Positions 29,544-37,938 of a DNA stretch of 64,000 bases are shown here, piece after piece. This DNA is from a bacterium. Its GTDB lineage: Bacteria; UBA8248; JACPRG01; G963555815. Below the pieces are notes generated by a model. It made no database searches and had not been told where the DNA came from. It saw only the letters and a list, made by a program, of their open reading frames with translations. Location: positions 2,976,001 through 3,040,000 of the forward strand of contig OZ244653.1 of assembly GCA_965218795.1 (NCBI GenBank), read 5' to 3'. Numbering within the stretch: the stretch's first letter is position 1; each line of letters starts with the position of its first letter. Made by a program: the position numbers and the translations under genes.

Positions 29544-30653
29544 TCAGGAAGTCGCCTGGGGTACGCCCTCGGGTCCCAAACGACTACCGTCCTCCCCGAA
29601 GTAGTATAGATTTTCATGCTGCAGATGGACGCCGACGGTGGAATCCGTTTGTATGTCGCGGTGTCCTTCGATCACCGCGATGAGGTTGTCCTCACTTCCG
29701 TAATCCAAGTACAATAATGTGTCTTTGCCCAGGGGCTCCACCAGAGCGACCTTTGCGCTGAAATCCTCGCCTTCTGTACTCCCCGAATCACCGATGGTCA
29801 TGTGCTCCGGCCGGATCCCGAGGGTGGCCGCTCCCTCCGTGTTCGGGACGGGCCCGGGAAGTCGTGCGTTGAATTCGCCCGCCCGAAAAGAGGCTGCTCC
29901 GTTCTCCCGGCGGAGTTCGCCTTTCAGGAGGTTCATCGGGGGAGAGCCAAAGAAGTCCGCGACAAACAGGTTGATCGGGTCATGGTAAATTTCAAGGGGC
30001 GTGCCCACCTGGTCGATGAATCCGTCCCGCATGACGACGATTCGGTCGGCCAGCGTCATGGCCTCTTCCTGGTCGTGCGTCACGTAAATGAAGGTTTTCT
30101 TCAATCTCTGGTGAAGCCGGTCGATCTCGGCCCGCATTTCTTTGCGCAGCTTGGCGTCGAGGTTGCTCAGGGGCTCATCCAGCAGAAACACCTGGGGTTG
30201 GGTGATGAGCGTTCGCGCGAGCGCGACCCGCTGCGCCTCTCCGCCCGATAGCTGTCCTGGAAGCTTGGGGAGCAGGGGGTGGATGTGGACCATCCGGGCC
30301 ACGTCTTCCACTCTCTTTTTCCGCTCTTCCCCGTCCACTTTGTTCATTTTGGGACCGAAGCCGATGTTGTCGAATACGGACATGTGGGGGAAGAGGGCCA
30401 GGTTCTGGAAAACCAACCCGATATCCCGGGCTCCCGGTTCAAGCTCGTTTACGAGTGTCGGGCCGATGAAAATTTCGCCCCGTGTGGGGTCCTCAAGGCC
30501 AGCGATCATTCGCAGCGTCGTGGTCTTCCCGCACCCCGAGGGGCCGACGAAGACCATGAATTCCCCTTCCCTGATGGTCAGGTTCGTATTCTCAACGGCG
30601 ACCACGCCCCCGCCGAACTCCTTGCGAAGATCTATAAGACGGATGTCACCCAC
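29544..30653 (-). CDS. Sugar-type ABC transporter ATP-binding protein
   Basis: GPSGCGKT, LSGG, LLDEP, VTHDQ and a TOBE tail. Confidence 0.95.
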   Translation of the reverse strand: MGDIRLIDLRKEFGGGVVAVENTNLTIREGEFMVFVGPSGCGKTTTLRMIAGLEDPTRGEIFIGPTLVNELEPGARDIGLVFQNLALFPHMSVFDNIGFGPKMNKVDGEERKKRVEDVARMVHIHPLLPKLPGQLSGGEAQRVALARTLITQPQVFLLDEPLSNLDAKLRKEMRAEIDRLHQRLKKTFIYVTHDQEEAMTLADRIVVMRDGFIDQVGTPLEIYHDPINLFVADFFGSPPMNLLKGELRRENGAASFRAGEFNARLPGPVPNTEGAATLGIRPEHMTIGDSGSTEGEDFSAKVALVEPLGKDTLLYLDYGSEDNLIAVIEGHRDIQTDSTVGVHLQHENLYYFGEDGSRLGPEGVPQATS

Positions 30654-30656
30654 GCT

Positions 30657-31541
30657 TTATCGCCTCCGAATCATGCCGAATGAGAACCCGCGGACCAGGT
30701 GCTTGTGGATCAGTAACCCAATAATGACGAGCGGGATGGTCACGCCGATGGAGATGGAGGACTGGAGTCCGTAGAGCCGCCCCTCGCTCGCGCCCTCGAA
30801 CTTGTTGAGCTGGACGGGGAGGGTTTGCGACTCGGCCGCCGTCAGCACCAGGCCCAGGAGGTACTCACTCCACGTCAGAATGAGGATGAACATGCACGTC
30901 GCCACCACCCCTGAGCGGATCAGGGGCACGACGATGGTCCCGAACGCCCGCAGCTTGCTCGCCCCCAGGATCTGCGCGGCCTGCTCCATCTCCTCGGGGA
31001 CCTCGTCGATGAATGACTTGGTCATCCAGGTCGCATACGGAATCGCCGTGATCGTGTAGATGATGATCATCCCGTGCCAAGTGTCCAGCAATTTCAGGGT
31101 TGAATACCAGATCACAAGGGGGATGGCGATCACGATGGGGGGCATCATCCGGAGCATGAGGAGGTTGAACATCCGCTTTTCCGGGAGGATCTTGTAGCGC
31201 GAGACCCCATAGGCCAAAAGGAGTCCGATGGACACGGCAAGGAGAGTTGAAACCCCCGCAATGACAACGCTGTTCCCCATGGCCAGCAGGGGATCGATGC
31301 TGATGGCGGGCAACACGAGGCCCGGGCGGGGGATCATCTGATGTCCCAACCAGCTGATGGCGAAGTTCTCCAGGGTGGGCGGAGTCGGAAACCAAGTGGG
31401 CGGCCAGGTAATCCACTGCTCGGGGAGCTTGAACGCGGTCGTCACCATCCAATAGATCGGAAAGACCGACACGATTAACCACAGGGACAACACAACGTAC
31501 CGTGTGACCGAGAAGAGTGTCTTGCGGGTCTCTCGTTTCAA
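30657..31541 (-). CDS. Carbohydrate ABC transporter permease
   Basis: EMEQAAQILGA EAA loop and TM segments. Confidence 0.92.
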   Translation of the reverse strand: MKRETRKTLFSVTRYVVLSLWLIVSVFPIYWMVTTAFKLPEQWITWPPTWFPTPPTLENFAISWLGHQMIPRPGLVLPAISIDPLLAMGNSVVIAGVSTLLAVSIGLLLAYGVSRYKILPEKRMFNLLMLRMMPPIVIAIPLVIWYSTLKLLDTWHGMIIIYTITAIPYATWMTKSFIDEVPEEMEQAAQILGASKLRAFGTIVVPLIRSGVVATCMFILILTWSEYLLGLVLTAAESQTLPVQLNKFEGASEGRLYGLQSSISIGVTIPLVIIGLLIHKHLVRGFSFGMIRRR

Positions 31542-31544
31542 CGC

Positions 31545-32471
31545 CTAACCTTCCTCACGGGCGAACATAACGTCCAGGGACTGCTTCTGCCTCAACAGGG
31601 TCCGAATGGAGAAGTAGATGATGGTCCCCACCAGGAGGAGGACCACATAACTCATGGCGGCCGCCTTCGAGACGTTCAGGTAATCCCAGGCCGTCAGGAA
31701 GAGGTAGACGGGGATGGTCTCCGTGGCGGTCCCCGGGCCCCCTTGGGTCAGGGTCCAGACTTTGGGGAACTCGGCCAGGGCTTCCAGGAATCTCAGGATG
31801 ATTGCCAAAATCAGGACCGGTTTCAGCAAGGGCAGCGTCACGTGCGTGAAGATCTGCCAACGGCTGGCCCCCAGCACCTGTGCGGCCTCGACAGGCTCCT
31901 TCGGCATGCTCACCAAGCCGGCCAGCATGATGATCATGACAAAGGGGGTCCAGTTCCACGTCTCGATGAGGACCATGGTGGCGAAGGCCCCGGTGGGGTC
32001 GCCCAGCCAGGAGAACCGGATGTCCCCGGGGAGAAGGACGCTCAGGACTTGGTTGATGGGGCCGCCCTGATAGAGGAGCATCTGAAAGGTAAAGCCGATG
32101 ACCACGGGGACCATCAGCATAGGGATGATGAAGAGCATGTAGTAAACGCTCCGGCCGCGGAAGGGTTTTTGAAGGAGATAAGCCAAGCCGAAGCCCAAGA
32201 CGACCGAGAAGAAGGTCGATGTTCCGGCGAAGATGAAAGACCTGGCCAGTGCCAGAAGGAACCGGCCTTCTGTGATGATCTCCCAAAAGTTCTCGAGACC
32301 GACGAAACTCGCGGTCCACCAAGGCCCCAGGTAGGCCGTCCATTGATGGAGGGTGAGATACATCTGGAGGAGGAGGACCGGAATCAGGAAAATGAGGGCG
32401 AGGACGAGGGGAGTGAGGGCGCCCCAGCGGAGGAGCCCGCCTTTTCGCCTGACCGGGATTGCCTGGGCCAT
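31545..32471 (-). CDS. Carbohydrate ABC transporter permease
   Basis: FVGLENF, W.WTPF, EAAQVLGA and GGPG motifs. Confidence 0.92.
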   Translation of the reverse strand: MAQAIPVRRKGGLLRWGALTPLVLALIFLIPVLLLQMYLTLHQWTAYLGPWWTASFVGLENFWEIITEGRFLLALARSFIFAGTSTFFSVVLGFGLAYLLQKPFRGRSVYYMLFIIPMLMVPVVIGFTFQMLLYQGGPINQVLSVLLPGDIRFSWLGDPTGAFATMVLIETWNWTPFVMIIMLAGLVSMPKEPVEAAQVLGASRWQIFTHVTLPLLKPVLILAIILRFLEALAEFPKVWTLTQGGPGTATETIPVYLFLTAWDYLNVSKAAAMSYVVLLLVGTIIYFSIRTLLRQKQSLDVMFAREEG

Positions 32472-32494
32472 CTTTCTACGACTCAAATGGGGTT

Positions 32495-32532
32495 AAAAAA
32501 GGCCCGGGGGCCTCAGAGCCCCCGGGCCTTTT
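32495..32532. terminator. Stem-loop between the SBP and permease genes
   Basis: AAAAAAGGCCCGGGGG-CCTCAGAG-CCCCCGGGCCTTTT palindrome. Confidence 0.75.
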
Positions 32533-32546
32533 GTTTCCGCCTCGCC

Positions 32547-34013
32547 TCAGCTCACCTTCGGCACATCGACCTTGGGCATGGCGTCGCGGTACGATTTCAC
32601 GTCCTTCTGCATCCGCGATTTTCCAACCCGGCGGATGATCTTGTGCCAGTCCTTCTCGATGCGCTTCAGGGCATCGCGCGGTTTGACGACCCCGAGCCAA
32701 GCGTCCGAAACATTCTTGTCGAGGGTGTCGTTGAACTCCTGCGCCCCTGTCGTACGGACCATGGGGGAGTTGACCTGCATGTTGAGGTAAATGGCGTCCG
32801 TGCCCTCAGGCGTATAGGCCTTGCGGACGTCGGGGTCTTTGAAGTGCTCCTCCCGCCAGGGATCGTGCACGGTGCTGACCGAGCCGCCGACGATGTAGGT
32901 GGAGTTGCGCCGTGACGTCCACCACATGGCCAAGTGGGCCGCCGCGTCGACGTTCTTGGCAAAATTGTTCACCACAACGAGGGGCGGGCCGGCCGCACAC
33001 GTCCGGGCGATCCGCCTTCCATTGGGCAGGACGTTCGCCGGCACGGCGCCGTGGACCCATTTCCCCGCCACTTTCGACTTCTTGGGGTTTTCGAGAATGG
33101 GCAGAACTCCTCCCCAGTAGATGCTCTGGTAGCCCTTTCCGCCGCCGAGGTGCAGCCAGTTCTGGGCGGTCCCCCAGTTGTCGATATCCTTCAGGACGTA
33201 CTTCTTCTCCGCGAGATAGGCCTCGAGGGCCGCTTCGGCGGTATCGTTATCGAAGTTCAAGGAAAGGTCGTCATTGAAGGGGAAGAGCCCGTGGTTGTAG
33301 TAGTTGATGAAGAACCACCAAAACCCCCAGCGCCTCGCCCGAAGGCTCCCGAAACCGGTCAGCTTGTTGGGGTCGGAGCCGAAGAACGCCCCCTGACGAA
33401 GATACTCCTTCCAGGTGGTGGCGAACTTCAGCGGGACGCCGTACTTGTCCGCGTAGCGTTTCTGGTTGTCCGGATTTTCCAGGACGTCTTTGCGGACGAA
33501 ATACGTGTGGCAGTTCCCGTCGGTCACCAGCCCGATGGTCTTCCCGTCGATCTGTGACATCTCGGCGAACGTGCCCACGCTCGAATAATCGAAATCGGCT
33601 GACTTCATGTATTCGTCGAGCGGCGCCGCGAGACCCGCCGTAGCCAAGGTCGGGACGGTGTCGCTGTGGACGTGCAACAGGTCGATCTTTCCGGAGCGCG
33701 ACAGGGCCTCCGCCATGGCCCGCTGAGACAACTGGGAGAACCCGATGTCAATGGGTTTCCCGAGACCGATCCCCGTGTGCTTCTTGAAGGCGGTCGCCAA
33801 CTCCACCATTTCACCCTTGGAGTGGCCGCCCCAGGCGACGAAGCTCAGGTCTACGTTCTTCTTCAGCTTTTTCGCCGACTCGATGATCCGCAATTCATCG
33901 GGCCCGGGCTCAGGCATCTTCGAGTAGGCCCTGGCCTTGATATGAACAAATGGGCCCGCCGCGGCTATGGCCCCTGCGGCCGCTGTTCCCTTGAGAAACG
34001 TTCTGCGCTTCAT
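32547..34013 (-). CDS. Extracellular solute-binding protein, Tat-exported
   Basis: MKRRTFLK twin-arginine signal; first gene of the ABC operon. Confidence 0.88.
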   Translation of the reverse strand: MKRRTFLKGTAAAGAIAAAGPFVHIKARAYSKMPEPGPDELRIIESAKKLKKNVDLSFVAWGGHSKGEMVELATAFKKHTGIGLGKPIDIGFSQLSQRAMAEALSRSGKIDLLHVHSDTVPTLATAGLAAPLDEYMKSADFDYSSVGTFAEMSQIDGKTIGLVTDGNCHTYFVRKDVLENPDNQKRYADKYGVPLKFATTWKEYLRQGAFFGSDPNKLTGFGSLRARRWGFWWFFINYYNHGLFPFNDDLSLNFDNDTAEAALEAYLAEKKYVLKDIDNWGTAQNWLHLGGGKGYQSIYWGGVLPILENPKKSKVAGKWVHGAVPANVLPNGRRIARTCAAGPPLVVVNNFAKNVDAAAHLAMWWTSRRNSTYIVGGSVSTVHDPWREEHFKDPDVRKAYTPEGTDAIYLNMQVNSPMVRTTGAQEFNDTLDKNVSDAWLGVVKPRDALKRIEKDWHKIIRRVGKSRMQKDVKSYRDAMPKVDVPKVS

Positions 34014-34233
34014 CTCATTCCCTCCTCCGGCTGGCCGCCCCCCTCCAGAAGGATCCCCTCCTGGCGAATAAGAGCGGAAGGCTCAAGACTTCCCAGGTCA
34101 GACAGACGTCCACACCACCTCACCGATATCCGGAGTATACCTCAGTCGGCAACTCCACCACAACCCCGTTTTCCGTGGCCTGGCCTTCCTGCGTCAACCC
34201 CCCCCAGGCGGAACGAAGACCGGAGCCCCATCC

Positions 34234-34974
34234 TCAATCAGGCCGCTTGGCCTCCGCGCCCTCGGCCACCTTCTCCTTGAACTCGTCGTTGCTCAGAATC
34301 CAGCCGAGACACCGGGAGACGTTTTGCAGACCCAATACGTGCAGATCCTCGCCGTACATACTGGCTACGCAATCGGACATGACCACCACGTGATAGTCGT
34401 GGTTGAACGCGGTGAAAGCCGTGTTGAGCACGCACGTGTTTGTATTGATCCCCATCAGACAGATGTTCTCAATGTTCAGACTCTTGAGCAGTCCATCCAG
34501 ATCCGTCCCCATGAAGCAGTCCAGGCGCTTCTTGTTGTCGATGACGTAATCGCCTTCTTCCAAGAGGCTGGGGATGATTTCCGTCTGGACAGAGCCCAGG
34601 ATGTTATGGTCATCGACCGTACTCTTGCGCCCGGGGCTCAGCCGGTTTTTTTCGTCCTGGATGTCGTGGAGGGCCTTCCAGAAGGGGACGCGCATCCCTT
34701 CGCTGCCCAGGTCGGGGATCTTGCGGAAAACAAGCTTCACGTGAATAATGGGGACGCCATGGACGCGGGCGAAGTCGATGACGTCCTCGGCTGCTTTGAT
34801 GACCCTTTCGGCGTCCTCCGCCGTGGCAGGCATCGTAGCCACTTCCGGGTCCAGGTGCCCGCGGTGCATGTCGATCGTCACGATGGCAGTCTTCCCAGGA
34901 TCCAGCGTCAACATTTCCGATAGTGTATTGGTCATCTCAGACCGGTCGACGATTTCGACAGATGACATATTCAT
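34234..34974 (-). CDS. Isochorismatase-family cysteine hydrolase
   Basis: TIDMH, KKRLD and GINTNTCV triad motifs. Start at MNMSS after RBS GGAGAGGAGG. Confidence 0.88.
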   Translation of the reverse strand: MNMSSVEIVDRSEMTNTLSEMLTLDPGKTAIVTIDMHRGHLDPEVATMPATAEDAERVIKAAEDVIDFARVHGVPIIHVKLVFRKIPDLGSEGMRVPFWKALHDIQDEKNRLSPGRKSTVDDHNILGSVQTEIIPSLLEEGDYVIDNKKRLDCFMGTDLDGLLKSLNIENICLMGINTNTCVLNTAFTAFNHDYHVVVMSDCVASMYGEDLHVLGLQNVSRCLGWILSNDEFKEKVAEGAEAKRPD

Positions 34975-35106
34975 ACCCTCCTCTCCACAATGTGGACGGA
35001 AGCAACGGGAGCGCTCCCGCCGTTTGAGCCGCTGAAAGTTGATGGAACCGCTGACAGGATACTCCGAAATTCGGGTTTTTCCCACCTCAATTGCGGCGGA
35101 CACCGA

Positions 35107-35450
35107 TTATTTCTTTCTCTTGGTTCCCTTCTTCGCGGTGGCTGATCCCTCCCACCATGGCGGCCTGCCGTCTCCTTCCTTGATGGTCCCGTCCTTTTCA
35201 AAGTAGAACCGACGGTCCATGCCGCGTTCGTATTTTCTGTTCAGCATCGCGACGAGCCAGTCGGCGCCCATGCACATGAAATCGGCTCCCACCCCGCCCA
35301 TCTCGCCAACGGTCCCCACTGTCTCGATACAGAATACGCCTCCTTTTTTGACTGCCTCTGGCACTGTTACCCTCGCATTCGGTGTAATTGCTCCGCCTGG
35401 GCGGTAGTCGGGGTTGAATATTAGGTTCCTACTTACCCATAAATGAAATA
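35107..35450 (-). pseudogene. Hypothetical protein, 5'-truncated by IS1595
   Basis: The open frame runs up to the IS boundary; the ORF-track ATG lies inside the IS inverted repeat. Confidence 0.5.
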
Positions 35451-36183
35451 GGGTCATGCCTAGCTGAGAGTCGAGCTTTACTCCAGAATGCTATGTATGA
35501 CAATGAAAAACAAGTATGCGAGGCGTTCAAGGATTTCCGAGGCCAAAGTCCGTGAAGCCGTTCGGTATTTCGCCGCAGCTCTCACCGCTGTCCAGGCGGC
35601 CGAGTTGAGCGGATTGAACCGGAACACGGTGAACCGTCTATACCGCGCTCTGCGGGAACGCATCCTGCTAGCTTGTGAGGCGCAACGCCCTGTGTTCGGT
35701 GTGGTCGAGGTAGACGAAAGTCTCTTCGGCACTCGCCGCGTGAAGGGCAGGCGCGGGCGTGGAGCCTATGGCAAAACGACCGTCTTTGGTATCTTCGAAC
35801 GTGAGGGACAGGTCTATACGGAGATCGTCTCGGATTGCTCAAAGCCCACACTGCAAGGGATCATCCGCGGCAAGGTGGACCTGAACACCGTCGTCAACTC
35901 GGACAACTGGCGTGGCTACAACGGCTTGGTCGAGCTCGGATACGGCCACTTCCGGGTCGACCATTGCTTTGATGAGTTCACTTGCGGTGCCGTCCACATC
36001 AACGGCATCGAAGGCTTCTGGGGACTGGCCAAGGTTCGGCTGGCAAAATTCAAGGGCCTGCCCAAACACACCTTCCACCTCCATCTCAAAGAAACCGAGT
36101 GGCGCTACAATTATCGCCATTCCAACAAATACAAAACCCTGTTAACCTACCTGCGAGAAAATCCCATCAGCTAGGCATGACCC
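35451..36183 (+). mobile_element. IS1595-family insertion sequence
   Basis: Perfect 17-bp inverted repeats GGGTCATGCCTAGCTGA / TCAGCTAGGCATGACCC. Confidence 0.92.
35503..36174 (+). CDS. IS1595-family DDE transposase
   Basis: VEVDES, RGRGAYGK, SDNW.GY, HINGIEGFW and LKETEWR.N motifs. Confidence 0.92.
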   Translation: MKNKYARRSRISEAKVREAVRYFAAALTAVQAAELSGLNRNTVNRLYRALRERILLACEAQRPVFGVVEVDESLFGTRRVKGRRGRGAYGKTTVFGIFEREGQVYTEIVSDCSKPTLQGIIRGKVDLNTVVNSDNWRGYNGLVELGYGHFRVDHCFDEFTCGAVHINGIEGFWGLAKVRLAKFKGLPKHTFHLHLKETEWRYNYRHSNKYKTLLTYLRENPIS

Positions 36184-36303
36184 TTGATTTATTCTTGGTT
36201 TCCGGGCATCGTCGATTCGTCGAGTTCACCAATGTCATCAACGGCAAGCTCTCCGGCTGAGTGCCTCCCGCTGCACGGGCAAAGGGGTGTGACGGGCTGA
36301 AGC

Positions 36304-37653
36304 TCAGGTTGACCGATCTTCGCCCACCGGGACCGGCTGGGGCTGGAGAGACCCTGCTTCTTCCCGGCGCATCAGCCAAAGGAGGAGGAGCAGGCCCGGC
36401 ACAGCCGCTACCGTCGTCAGCAGAAAGAAAGTGACCCAGTCCAGGTGGTCGGCCAGCCAGCCGGCCGATGCAGAAAGCATCGTCCGGGGCAGTGACATCA
36501 AGGCGCTCAACAGGGCGTACTGGGTCGCGGTATAGGTTGCCGAGCAAAGACTGGACAGGTAGGCGACGAAGGCCGCCGTCCCCATCCCCCCCGAGAGATT
36601 TTCGATTCCGATAGTCAGCGTCAGCATCGGCACCGAGTGCCCAGCCATTGCCTGTATGGCGAACATCAGATTGGAAAGCATCTGGAGCACGCCGCAGACC
36701 AGCAGACTCCGCATGATCCCCGCCCGGGTCACTAGGATCCCGCCGAGGAACCCTCCCAGGAGCGTGGCTCCCAGACCGAACAACTTGCTGACGTTGGCGA
36801 TTTCGATTTTCGTGAACTGAAGTTCGATGTAAAAAGGGTTTGCCATCGTCCCCGCCAGGGTGTCGCCCAGCTTGTAGAAGATCACGAAGAGCAGAATGAT
36901 CACCCAGCCCCGTCTCCTCATGAAGTCGAGGAACGGGTTGATGGCGGCTGCCTGGAGCCAGGCGGCGGTATTGTAGATCCATGATCCGCGTTCTTGAGTG
37001 CCGGATTTGACTTCATGGACCGCCCGTACGGGCTCGGGGTTGAGGAGGACGGTCATGATCCCGACTGTCACCAGCCCGCCCATGACGGCGTACACCGCGG
37101 ACCAGCTTATGGATGAAGCCAGATAGAGCGCGCCCGCTCCGGAAGCCAGCATCCCGATGCGGTATCCGAAGACGATCGTCGCGGCCCCGGCGCCGTACTG
37201 CCGCTCTTCGAGGATTTCTACACGGTAGGCGTCGATGACGATGTCCTGGCTGGCCGAACAGAACGTGACCGCCAGCGAGAGGATGGCCGTCCATCCCAGG
37301 TTTTCGGCCGGATGGGTCGTGCCCAGTCCGACGATGGCGGCCATGAGCGCGAGCTGGGTGAGAATCATCCAGCTCCGGCGGGGACCGAGCCGCGCTGTGA
37401 GGAACGGAATGCGGAGATGGTCCACGAGCGGCGCCCAAAGGAACTTGAGCGTGTACGGCATTCCCACCAGGGCGAAGAGGCCGATGGCCGTCTTGCTGAC
37501 GCCGACTTCCTTCAGCCAGATGGACAGGGTGGAAAACGTCAAGAGGAGAGGAAGCCCGCTCGAGAATCCCAGGAACATGATTGCGATGACCCGGGGGTCG
37601 CGGTAGACGGCTGCGGCTTCAAGCCAGCGTCGAACGGGACTTTGTTTGTTCAT
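36304..37653 (-). CDS. ampG: AmpG-family muropeptide MFS transporter
   Basis: LGFSSGLP, KFLWAP, RRSW, SASQDIVIDAYR.E and TATQYALLS motifs. Confidence 0.92.
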   Translation of the reverse strand: MNKQSPVRRWLEAAAVYRDPRVIAIMFLGFSSGLPLLLTFSTLSIWLKEVGVSKTAIGLFALVGMPYTLKFLWAPLVDHLRIPFLTARLGPRRSWMILTQLALMAAIVGLGTTHPAENLGWTAILSLAVTFCSASQDIVIDAYRVEILEERQYGAGAATIVFGYRIGMLASGAGALYLASSISWSAVYAVMGGLVTVGIMTVLLNPEPVRAVHEVKSGTQERGSWIYNTAAWLQAAAINPFLDFMRRRGWVIILLFVIFYKLGDTLAGTMANPFYIELQFTKIEIANVSKLFGLGATLLGGFLGGILVTRAGIMRSLLVCGVLQMLSNLMFAIQAMAGHSVPMLTLTIGIENLSGGMGTAAFVAYLSSLCSATYTATQYALLSALMSLPRTMLSASAGWLADHLDWVTFFLLTTVAAVPGLLLLLWLMRREEAGSLQPQPVPVGEDRST

Positions 37654-37938
37654 TTCTTGACGGGGCCGCCCTGCGCGAAGGGCGGGTCGAATAGGACGAA
37701 TAGGAAAAGTGGAACGGGCCGGATGAATCGTTCATGGGGGCGGCCACATGGATATATCTCAACCGGAAGGAAAGTTCCCCACAGTCCCTCATTTGACTAT
37801 AATGCCCTATGAGAGAGTACACGGAAAGGTTCGACCCATCAGTCTTCGAAAAGTGAAGCCGGATGAACGGGTGCGGGTTTCGCGCAACTGTGGATTTTGT
37901 CCGAACCCGGATTCGAGTGATTGGGAGGGGGGGTAGGT

